A stretch of DNA of 64,000 nucleotides from Ilumatobacteraceae bacterium. GTDB taxonomy: Bacteria > Actinomycetota > Acidimicrobiia > Acidimicrobiales > Ilumatobacteraceae. Shown here piece by piece: positions 7,411 to 19,768 of this stretch (position 1 is the first letter of the stretch; the number at the start of each line of letters is the position of its first letter). The position numbers and the translations under genes are program-made. The stretch is taken from NCBI GenBank assembly GCA_044359565.1, contig JBIKLX010000001.1:944-64943 (forward strand), read 5' to 3'. The notes beneath the pieces were generated by a model. It searched no databases. It saw only the letters and a list, made by a program, of their open reading frames with translations, and was not told the DNA's origin.

Positions 7411-9418
7411 CCTCGATGGGGTGGGCGACGGTGTCGGCGGCCGGGTCGACGCCTCGACCGCCGGATGGGTCGGGCAACAGCTCGGACACCGGAGCGGTGG
7501 GCTTGCGGCGGTTGCCGGGGAATGCTGCCAGAACGGTGCCGACGGCCATCAGCAGACCGCCGATCCACAGCCACACGATCATCGGCTTGATGAACACCTT
7601 CACCTGTGCCTCGCTGGCGCCCTCGGGTGCCGACTGCTCGAGCGTGAGGTAGATGTCCTTCGTCAGCCCCGTCTTCACACTGGGTGTGCCGATGTCGGTG
7701 CCCATGTTGGTGTAGCGGGTGATGGCGGGCGCATAGGCCTGGCCGCCGTCGATGCTGACCTGCGCCTTCACGCCGCGCGATCGCGAGGTGGTGAACGCCG
7801 TGACCTCGCGCAGTTCGAACGTGTGGCCGGCGAAGGCCACCGGCTCGCCCTGGCGGAGCGTGAACTCGCCCGCCCGGGTGTAGCCGTTCGACGCGGCGAG
7901 GGCGACGGCGATGAGGATGACGCCGAGATGCACCACCATGCCCCCGTTGGCGCGTCCGACGAACCCCCGCCAACCCTGGCGGCGGGTGGCCAGCACCAAT
8001 TGGCGCAGCGCCGAACCGGCCGCGAAGCCGCCCAGCGCGAACGCCAGCAACGAGGCCCAGTGGTCGGCACCCACGGCCACCGCCAGCGCCAGCGCTCCCA
8101 CGCCGCACCACGCCGGCACGAACAGTCGGTCGCGCAGCAGTTCGCCACTGGCCTTGCGCCATGGCAACACCGGCGCGACACCCATGAGGAACAGCAGCAC
8201 CAGGCCGATGGGAATGGTCATCCGGTCGAAGAACGGCTGGCCCACAGCGATCTGGCGGTCTTGCAACGCCTCGACGATGAGCGGGAACACCGTGCCCAGC
8301 AACACGATGAAAGCGAACACCGTGAACAGGACGTTATTGGCCAAGAACGCGCCTTCGCGCGACACCGGCGAGTCGATGGCGCCCGGCGAACGCAGGCGGT
8401 CGCCACGCCAGGCGATGAGCGCCAGCGACACCACGGTGATGATGCCGAAGAAGGCGAGCAACCACGGCCCCACCTCACCGTCGGCGAAGGCGTGCACGCT
8501 GTTGATGACCCCACTGCGGGTGAGGAACGTGCCGAGAATGGTGAGCGCGAACGTGGCCACGAGCAGGCTGAGGTTCCACACCCGCAACATGCCGCGCCGT
8601 TCCTGCACGAGCACCGAGTGGATGTACGCGGTGCCGGTGAGCCACGGCAGGAAGCTGGCGTTCTCGACCGGATCCCATGCCCACACACCGCTCCAGCCGA
8701 GCACCTCGTAGCTCCACCACCCGCCGAGCAGAATGCCCAGGCTGAGGAACCCCCACGAGAACAGGGCCCAGCGCCGGGTCTCGACCAGCCAGCCCTCTCC
8801 CACCCGGCCGGTGACCAGCGCGGCGATGGCGAACGCGAACGGGACGGTGAAGCCCACATAGCCGAGGTACAGCAGCGGCGGGTGGAACAGCACCAGGATG
8901 TGGTTCTGCAGCAGCGGGTTGGGGCCAGGGCCATCGGTGACGCCCACCGCGCCGGCCTCGAACGCGTCGGCCGGCACCAGGGCCAGCAGGAAGAAGAAGG
9001 CGGTGACGACGAACAGCACCACCAGCGCCCACGCCACCAGCGGGTCGTCGAGCCGGCGGCGGTAGCGGAACATGATGATCGCCAGATAGCCGGCCAGCAC
9101 GCCGAGCCACAGCAGGATGCTGCCCTCGAGCGCGCTCCACAGGGCCGTCACGTTGAACAGCAACGGGGTGCTGCGCGAGCCCACCTGCTGCACGTAGGCG
9201 AGCGAGAAGTCGTAGGTGAGCAGCGCCCACAACATCACGACGATGGCAGCGACCGCGGCGGCGAGCGCGAGCCAGGCGTAGTTGGGTGCGCTGCGCAGCA
9301 CGCGAGCGTCGCGTCGAGTCGTACCGACGACGGTGACGATGGCGCCGAAGACAGAAGCGACCAGGCCGATGATGAGAACCGAGTGGCCGAGCAGGCCGTT
9401 CAGGCTTTGGCCGAGCAC
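7397..9418 (-). CDS. ccmF: Cytochrome c heme lyase subunit CcmF
   Basis: A 673-aa polytopic protein with the WWD motif GGWWSYEVLGWSGVWAWDPVENAS. The start is a GTG. Confidence 0.95.
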   Translation of the reverse strand: MLGQSLNGLLGHSVLIIGLVASVFGAIVTVVGTTRRDARVLRSAPNYAWLALAAAVAAIVVMLWALLTYDFSLAYVQQVGSRSTPLLFNVTALWSALEGSILLWLGVLAGYLAIIMFRYRRRLDDPLVAWALVVLFVVTAFFFLLALVPADAFEAGAVGVTDGPGPNPLLQNHILVLFHPPLLYLGYVGFTVPFAFAIAALVTGRVGEGWLVETRRWALFSWGFLSLGILLGGWWSYEVLGWSGVWAWDPVENASFLPWLTGTAYIHSVLVQERRGMLRVWNLSLLVATFALTILGTFLTRSGVINSVHAFADGEVGPWLLAFFGIITVVSLALIAWRGDRLRSPGAIDSPVSREGAFLANNVLFTVFAFIVLLGTVFPLIVEALQDRQIAVGQPFFDRMTIPIGLVLLFLMGVAPVLPWRKASGELLRDRLFVPAWCGVGALALAVAVGADHWASLLAFALGGFAAGSALRQLVLATRRQGWRGFVGRANGGMVVHLGVILIAVALAASNGYTRAGEFTLRQGEPVAFAGHTFELREVTAFTTSRSRGVKAQVSIDGGQAYAPAITRYTNMGTDIGTPSVKTGLTKDIYLTLEQSAPEGASEAQVKVFIKPMIVWLWIGGLLMAVGTVLAAFPGNRRKPTAPVSELLPDPSGGRGVDPAADTVAHPIEGARV

Positions 9419-9873
9419 GCGCTCTCCGCCTCGTCGAGCCGGTCCTTGTTGGCAGCCGTGTACTCGTTCGAGTGCTTCACCTCGACCCGGTCACCCTCGA
9501 ACACACCGTCGGCGAGGCGGCCGTGCACCACCACCGGGATGCACTCCTGGAAGATGCCGCCCGGTTCGCCCTCGTAGCGCACCGGCATCTCGACATCGTT
9601 GAACGACACGAGGAAGGTGGTGACGCCGTTGGCCGACTCGACCGAACCCTCCTCGACATTGCCCTGCACGCGCAGGCGACGGCCGTCGTCGCAGCCATCT
9701 TTCACACCGAGTTCGTCGACGTTGCAGTAGTAGTCGATGGACGAGGTGAGGAACTTGGTCAGCACCACACCGCCACCGATGAGCACCACTACCAGCATTG
9801 CGACGGCGGGCCAGCGCTTACCGCGACGCACACGCGGCGCGGAGGGAACCGCTTCGCGGGGGCTCAGGTCCAT
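9400..9873 (-). CDS. ccmE: Heme chaperone CcmE
   Basis: I trimmed the start to the ATG at 9873 (MDLSPRE). A TM anchor and OB-fold-like region are followed by VEVKHSNEY, which matches the HxxxY heme-binding motif. Confidence 0.9.
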   Translation of the reverse strand: MDLSPREAVPSAPRVRRGKRWPAVAMLVVVLIGGGVVLTKFLTSSIDYYCNVDELGVKDGCDDGRRLRVQGNVEEGSVESANGVTTFLVSFNDVEMPVRYEGEPGGIFQECIPVVVHGRLADGVFEGDRVEVKHSNEYTAANKDRLDEAESACSAKA

Positions 9874-9998
9874 GGCTTGTCCTCGTCGGGCACCTGCTCG
9901 GACAGTTCGCGGCCGCGGCTGATGACCCGCCAGCCGAGCAACAGCACGGCACCGAAGCTGACCAGGTAGCAGGTGAGGATGAACCCGATGTCTTCCAT
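9864..9998 (-). CDS. ccmD: Heme exporter small subunit CcmD
   Basis: A 44-aa single-TM peptide, MEDIGFILTCYLVSFGAVLLLGWRVISRGREL. It sits between ccmC and ccmE, and its ATG overlaps the ccmC stop (TGATG). Confidence 0.6.
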   Translation of the reverse strand: MEDIGFILTCYLVSFGAVLLLGWRVISRGRELSEQVPDEDKPWT

Positions 9999-10780
9999 CA
10001 GCGTTGCGCCCCTTCCGCCTCGCGGCGACGTTCGGCCAACGCATCGTCGAGGCCGCGGTCGTCGACGAGATCGGACAGCATCAGCACCCGCTGGCGGTGC
10101 AGCACGAACCACACGTACATCATCGAGAAGGCGACCACACCGAGCAGCAGGGTGAACAGCATCAGCCCGTCGAGTGTGACGTCGCCTCGACCGGCGACGC
10201 TGGCGTCTTGGTGCACCGAGCGCCACAGCCTGACGCTGAAGTGCACGAGCGGGATCTCGAGCACGGCCAGCAGCGCCACGACGGCCGATCGGCGCGCCCG
10301 CTGCTCGTGCGTGCCACCCAGCCCGCGTACGGCGAGGTACCCGACGTAGGTGATGAACAAGAACGCCGTGGTGGTGACCCGGGCGTCCCACACCCAGAAC
10401 GTGCCCCAGCTGATGCGGCCCCACAGCGCGCCGGTGAACAAGGTGACGGCCATGAACAGCACGCCGATCTCGGCGCTGGCCCCGGCGATGCGATCCCAGG
10501 TGAGCGAGCGGGTGCGCTTCCAGAGGTACGCGGCCGACGACACGGCGGTGACGATGAAGGCGAGATAGGCCACCCACACGGTGCCCACGTGCACGTAGAG
10601 GATGCGCACGCTCTCGCCCTGCTGGGCATCGGCTGGCGACAGCACCAGGCCGAACAGGGCCAGCACGGCGAACGCCACGATGGTGGCGATGCCGAGCACC
10701 CGGGTGACCCGGGTGCCGGTGCCACGCGCCGGGCGGGCAGGAACCGCCGTTGTGGTGCTGGGTGGTGCAGTCGTGCTCAC
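9998..10780 (-). CDS. ccmC: Heme exporter/handling protein CcmC
   Basis: The WGxxWxWD motif is present as WGRISWGTFWVWDARV. I trimmed the start to the GTG at 10780, 14 nt past the ccmB stop. The longer 314-aa ORF would overlap ccmB and has a low-complexity N-terminus. Confidence 0.88.
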   Translation of the reverse strand: MSTTAPPSTTTAVPARPARGTGTRVTRVLGIATIVAFAVLALFGLVLSPADAQQGESVRILYVHVGTVWVAYLAFIVTAVSSAAYLWKRTRSLTWDRIAGASAEIGVLFMAVTLFTGALWGRISWGTFWVWDARVTTTAFLFITYVGYLAVRGLGGTHEQRARRSAVVALLAVLEIPLVHFSVRLWRSVHQDASVAGRGDVTLDGLMLFTLLLGVVAFSMMYVWFVLHRQRVLMLSDLVDDRGLDDALAERRREAEGAQR

Positions 10781-10793
10781 GTGGGGTCTCGCC

Positions 10794-11477
10794 TCATTCC
10801 TCGATGAGCGATCCGAATGCCAGCGTGCCGCCGACGCCGAACAGCGCTGCGAACACCACGAGCAGAGCGACCCAGGGCCACCCGTCGGCGGTTGCAACGC
10901 CACTGGCATCGAGCGCCGCTTCGGTCGCTCGAGTTGCACCAATCAGAACCGGCGCCACCACCGGGAACAACAGCAGCGGGAGCAGCGTCTCGCGACCTTT
11001 GGCCCCGGCAGCAAGGCCTCCGTAGAGCGTACCGACGAAGGCCAGTCCTGCGGTCGCGGGAATGAGGGTGGTGACCAACAACACGATGCCCTCGCCCGAC
11101 GACTCGACGTCGTACAGCACGAACGCGAGCCCGGCCAGCATCACCTCGAGGACCGCCAGTTGGGCGGCCAGGGCCAACGACTTCCCCAGGAAGATGCCCA
11201 CCGGGTCGACGCCGGCCACTCGGAGGGCATCGAGCGCCCCGTCGGCAGTCTCGATCGCGAAGGCCCGCTGCACCATCACCAGCAGGCCGAACACCGTGGC
11301 CAGCCAGATGAGACCGGGGGCCACTCGTTTGAGCACGGCGTCGCTGTCGAGCACGAACGCGAACAGCACCATCACGAGAGCGGCGAAGGGCAGCACCTGG
11401 TTCACCACCACGCGACTGCGACCCTCCACCCGCAGATCCTTCGCCGCCACCAGGCGGGCAGTGCGCCAGGAACTCAC
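10794..11477 (-). CDS. ccmB: Heme exporter permease CcmB
   Basis: A polytopic membrane protein (VNQVLPFAALVMVLFAFVLD...). The GTG at 11477 forms a GTGA overlap with the ccmA stop. Confidence 0.85.
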   Translation of the reverse strand: MSSWRTARLVAAKDLRVEGRSRVVVNQVLPFAALVMVLFAFVLDSDAVLKRVAPGLIWLATVFGLLVMVQRAFAIETADGALDALRVAGVDPVGIFLGKSLALAAQLAVLEVMLAGLAFVLYDVESSGEGIVLLVTTLIPATAGLAFVGTLYGGLAAGAKGRETLLPLLLFPVVAPVLIGATRATEAALDASGVATADGWPWVALLVVFAALFGVGGTLAFGSLIEE

Positions 11478-12214
11478 CGCGGCCCCCCGGGGCCATCGGC
11501 CGCGATCACCTGGCCGGCGACCACGTCGACCACCCGGGTGGCGAGCGATCCGGCACGCTCGAGTTCGTGGCTGGCCACCAACACGGTGGCACCCATCGCG
11601 ACGGCGGTACGCAGAGTGTCGTCGAGGTCGTCGCGGCCCGCTGCATCGAGACCGGCGTGAGGTTCGTCGAGCAACCACACCTGTGCCCGACGAGCCACCA
11701 GGCACGCCAGCGCAGTGCGCCGCTTCTGCCCGGCCGACAGCCGCCGCACCGCCACGTCCGCCAGACGGCCGGCCAGGCCGAGCCGTTCGAGCGAGGCGTC
11801 GATCTCGGTGACGTCGGCCCCCACGGTGTCGCCCCAGAACCGCACGTTCTCGCGCACCGTCAGGTCGCCGTACAGGCCGTTGGCGTGACCGAGCAGCCCC
11901 ACGCGGCGGCGCACATCGTCGCGCTCGGTGCGCAGATCGCAGCCGGCCACCCAGCCCTCACCGCGGGTGAGAGGCACCAGGCCGGCGCATACCCGCAACA
12001 ACGTGGTCTTGCCGGCGCCGTTGGGCCCGCGTAACAACACGATCTCGCCGCGCTCGACCACCAGCGAGGCCCCGGCCAACGCAGGAAAGCGCCCGAGCAC
12101 GGCTACCGCCTCGACCAGCCGGACGACGAGTTCACTACCCGCCGGATCAGCGTGGGCCGGACCTGCGGTGGCCGGACCTGCGGTGGCCGGATCGTTAGTA
12201 GGCACGGCGTCCAC
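11474..12214 (-). CDS. ccmA: Heme exporter ABC ATPase CcmA
   Basis: Walker A is GPNGAGKTT, the signature motif is LSAGQKRR, and Walker B is WLLDEP. The GTG start is at 12214 (alternative 12205). The N-terminus contains a 15-bp tandem duplication (ATAGPATAGP). Confidence 0.88.
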   Translation of the reverse strand: MDAVPTNDPATAGPATAGPAHADPAGSELVVRLVEAVAVLGRFPALAGASLVVERGEIVLLRGPNGAGKTTLLRVCAGLVPLTRGEGWVAGCDLRTERDDVRRRVGLLGHANGLYGDLTVRENVRFWGDTVGADVTEIDASLERLGLAGRLADVAVRRLSAGQKRRTALACLVARRAQVWLLDEPHAGLDAAGRDDLDDTLRTAVAMGATVLVASHELERAGSLATRVVDVVAGQVIAADGPGGPR

Positions 12215-12215
12215 G

Positions 12216-13508
12216 ATGATCGCACGCTACCCGCGACCTCATCGGCCCGACCCAACCGATAGCGTCGCACCCGTGGTGGACGAGACGGCAACGGGCCGAC
12301 CAGCACGGCAACGCCGGCCGAACCGGTTCGACCGGCCGCCCGAACCGCACGACTGGCGCTGGTTCATCGGTGGCATCGGCCGCACGCTCATCGCCACCGG
12401 CGTGCTCCTGTTCGCCTTCGTCGCCTACCAACTGTGGGGCACCGGCATCCAGACCGCCCGCGCCCAGGGCCAACTCGAGCGCGAGTTCGACGATCTCCTC
12501 GCCGCCTCACCCACCGCGGCGCCGACGACGGTACCTCCCGCCGTTGCCACCACGGTCCCCGCCTCCACCACCCCACCCGCTACGGGCGACGCCACATCCA
12601 CCACGGCGCCACCCACCACCACGGCGGCGCCGCTGTCAGCGGCCGTCGCTCCGCGAACCGGTGAGGTACTGGCACGTCTCGAGATTCCCGGCATCGGCCT
12701 CGACAAGATCGTCGTCGAGGGCGTGAGCCCCGACGATCTGAAGAAGGGACCTGGACACTTTCCCGAGACGCCACTGCCCGGCCAGTTCGGCAATGCCGCC
12801 ATCGCCGGCCACCGCACCACCTACGGCGAGCCCTTCATCGACATCGACCAGATCCAGATCGGCGACGAGATGCTGGTGACGGCACCCTGGGGGCGATTCA
12901 TCTACGTGGTCGACAACATCATCATCGTCGGTGCCGACGACTACGCGCTCGTCATCCCCACCGTCGACCCCACCCTTGCCCGGATCACACTCGCATCGTG
13001 CCACCCGAAGTACTCGGCCAAGCAACGCTATGTGGTGCAGGCCACCCTCGACACCGCCCGCTCCGACCAGGCCACCTTTCCGAGCCTCACTGCGCCGCCC
13101 GAACCCGCTGTCGCGTCCACCACTGCGCCCCCCACCGTGCCGCCAGTGGGGCCCGGCACCACCAGTGCCCCCACCGTGCCGACAGTGGCACCCGAGACCA
13201 CCAGCGCCCCCACCGTGCCGGTCAGCACGTCCAGCACCGCCGTGCCCGGCGGCCTCGGGCCCGACGAAGGGAGCAACGACGACTCGGGTGCCGTCGTGTT
13301 CGGCAGCAAGTGGTTCAGCGACGACGACGCCTACGTGCCCGTCGCCATGTGGGGTTTCCGCCTCATCGTGGTGGCGTTCGTCGCCACCGCCATCAGCCGG
13401 TTCGCCCGGCGCAACTTGGTGGGGGTGCTCGTCGGCATCGTGCCGTTCGTGGTCTGTCTCTACTTCTTCTTCGAAGACCTCAGCCGCCTGTTGCCCGCCA
13501 ACCTCTGA
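12216..13508 (+). CDS. Class E sortase with an N-terminal TM anchor and an unusual C-terminal Pro/Thr linker plus two TM segments
   Basis: Catalytic motifs are AIAGHRTTYG (His), ITLASCHP (TLxxC) and KQRYVV (Arg). The C-terminus reads WGFRLIVVAFVATAISRF...LVGVLVGIVPFVVCLYFFF. The ATG at 12216 is only 1 nt from the divergent ccmA start, so the true start may be the in-frame GTG at about 12273. Confidence 0.85.
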   Translation: MIARYPRPHRPDPTDSVAPVVDETATGRPARQRRPNRFDRPPEPHDWRWFIGGIGRTLIATGVLLFAFVAYQLWGTGIQTARAQGQLEREFDDLLAASPTAAPTTVPPAVATTVPASTTPPATGDATSTTAPPTTTAAPLSAAVAPRTGEVLARLEIPGIGLDKIVVEGVSPDDLKKGPGHFPETPLPGQFGNAAIAGHRTTYGEPFIDIDQIQIGDEMLVTAPWGRFIYVVDNIIIVGADDYALVIPTVDPTLARITLASCHPKYSAKQRYVVQATLDTARSDQATFPSLTAPPEPAVASTTAPPTVPPVGPGTTSAPTVPTVAPETTSAPTVPVSTSSTAVPGGLGPDEGSNDDSGAVVFGSKWFSDDDAYVPVAMWGFRLIVVAFVATAISRFARRNLVGVLVGIVPFVVCLYFFFEDLSRLLPANL

Positions 13509-13532
13509 CGCCGCGGCGCCACCGCCGATCGC

Positions 13533-14261
13533 TCAGCGACCCTCGAAGTTCGGCCGGCGCTTGGCGAGGAACGCCCTGCGGCCCTCGGCGACATCGGTGC
13601 TGGCCCATGTCGCGGCGAAGGCCTGATCGAACACCGGGTCGGGGCCCACTGCAGCCGCGGCCCGCTCGAGGCCGAGCTTGTGGGTGCTGATGGTGAGTGG
13701 CGCGAGCTGCGCCAGCTCATCGGCCCACACCAGCGCGTCGGCCAACTCGCCCAGCCGGTGCACCCCTCCGGTGACGTGCAGCTGCTCGCCCCGGTAGGTG
13801 ACCGCGCCCAGCAGCATCGCCCGAGCGATCGACCACCCGAACTCGCGGGCCACCCGCTCGATGGTCCAGCGGTCGACGGCCAGGCCCAGCTTGGCCGCCG
13901 GGATGCCGAACACGCTGGTGGGGGTGGCCATGCGTAGGTCGCACGCGATGGCCAGTTGCGTGCCCGCCCCCAGCGCCGGGCCGTCGACGGCCGCCAGCGT
14001 GATGGCACCGAGTTCGGTGAAGCCGCGCAGGGCGGCCATGAGGGCGGCCACGAACGCACCGTCCTCCACCCCGTTGAGGTCGGCGCCGGCGCTGAATGCC
14101 GGCGGTGCACCGGTGAGCACCACCACCCGGGCTCCGCCCTCGGCCGCCGCCCGCTGCGCCTCGGAGAGGGCGAGCAGGGTGGCGTGATCGACCGCATTGC
14201 GGCGCTCGGGGCGATCGATGGTGATGACGAGCACCCGATCGCGCCACTCCACACGTACCAT
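13533..14261 (-). CDS. Enoyl-CoA hydratase/isomerase (crotonase) family protein
   Basis: Motifs LVITIDRPERRNAV and VLTGAPPAFSAGADL are present. Confidence 0.88.
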   Translation of the reverse strand: MVRVEWRDRVLVITIDRPERRNAVDHATLLALSEAQRAAAEGGARVVVLTGAPPAFSAGADLNGVEDGAFVAALMAALRGFTELGAITLAAVDGPALGAGTQLAIACDLRMATPTSVFGIPAAKLGLAVDRWTIERVAREFGWSIARAMLLGAVTYRGEQLHVTGGVHRLGELADALVWADELAQLAPLTISTHKLGLERAAAAVGPDPVFDQAFAATWASTDVAEGRRAFLAKRRPNFEGR

Positions 14262-14272
14262 GAGCCGACTGT

Positions 14273-14587
14273 ATGCCTGCCTCCCCCGTCGATCCCCATT
14301 CGCCCGACCTCAACGGCCCCGCCGCAGGTGCCGCCGGAACCGATCCGGTGCGCGAACGGCGCCGCCGCATCGCCCGGTGGACGGCGTTGGCCAATCGACT
14401 CGGCTACCTGGCCTTCGGTGTGGCCATCGCCGCGTTCGCCGTCGGACTGCTCACCGACTTCACGTCGACGATGGCCTCCATCAGCATCGCCGGTCTGGTG
14501 GTGGGTACCATTCTGCTGGCCCCGGCCATCGTGCTGGGCTACGCCATCAAGGCCGCCGAACGCGACGACGTCGAGCGCGGACTCTGA
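14273..14587 (+). CDS. Hypothetical small membrane protein (two predicted TM segments)
   Basis: A 104-aa ORF with an ATG start. Two hydrophobic stretches are present: LGYLAFGVAIAAFAVGLL and ISIAGLVVGTILLAPAIVLG. I recognised no family. Confidence 0.4.
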   Translation: MPASPVDPHSPDLNGPAAGAAGTDPVRERRRRIARWTALANRLGYLAFGVAIAAFAVGLLTDFTSTMASISIAGLVVGTILLAPAIVLGYAIKAAERDDVERGL

Positions 14588-14610
14588 GCCGTTAGCCTCT
14601 CTCGCCGGTC

Positions 14611-15204
14611 ATGAACACCCGACTCCCGGCCGGTGAACGGCGCGAACAGATCATCGCCGTCGCCGTCCCGGTGTTCGCCCGCAGCGGCTACCACGGTGCA
14701 TCGATGAACGACGTGGCCGATGCCGCCGGGGTCACCAAGCCGGTGCTGTACCAGCACTTCGCGTCGAAGCAAGACCTGTACCTGGCGCTCATCCACGAGG
14801 CCGGCCAGCGGATGATCGCGGCCATCGGCAAGGCAACGGCCGGCGCGACCGACGGCCGGGCCCAGACCGAACTCGGCTTCCGCGCCTACTTCCGCTGGGT
14901 GGCCGACGACCACGACGGGTTCCTGCTGCTGTTCTCTACCCAGGCCAACCGCGACGCTGCAGCCACCAAGGCCATCCGCACCATCACGTCGGAAGCGGCC
15001 TCGGCCATCGCCCCGCTCATCGCCATCGAGATCGACCACGAACAGCGGCGCACCCTGGCCCACGGCCTGGTGGGCCTGGCCGAGGGGGTGTCGCGGCGTC
15101 TGGTGGAACGCGGCGACGACTTCGACCCCGACGCACTGGCCCGTCTGGTGGCCAACCTCGCCTGGGCCGGCCTGCGCGCCATCGGACCCGACCCGGCCCG
15201 CTGA
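14611..15204 (+). CDS. TetR/AcrR family transcriptional regulator
   Basis: The N-terminal HTH reads RREQIIAVAVPVFARSGYHGASMNDVADAAGVTKPVLYQHFASKQDLY. Confidence 0.9.
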   Translation: MNTRLPAGERREQIIAVAVPVFARSGYHGASMNDVADAAGVTKPVLYQHFASKQDLYLALIHEAGQRMIAAIGKATAGATDGRAQTELGFRAYFRWVADDHDGFLLLFSTQANRDAAATKAIRTITSEAASAIAPLIAIEIDHEQRRTLAHGLVGLAEGVSRRLVERGDDFDPDALARLVANLAWAGLRAIGPDPAR

Positions 15205-15231
15205 ACCCGGCCCGCTGAGCCCGGCACCGCG

Positions 15232-19722
<4,491 letters not shown>

Positions 19723-19768
19723 GAGCAGAGGCTACGTGGCGGGTGTGCCAGAGATACCGGGAGCAGCC

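Noticed and set aside
6902-9577. An 891-aa plus-strand ORF covering ccmG, ccmF and ccmE.
   Set aside because: It is antisense to genes with diagnostic Ccm motifs. The product is Arg/Gly/His/Glu-rich, with no TM or domain signature.
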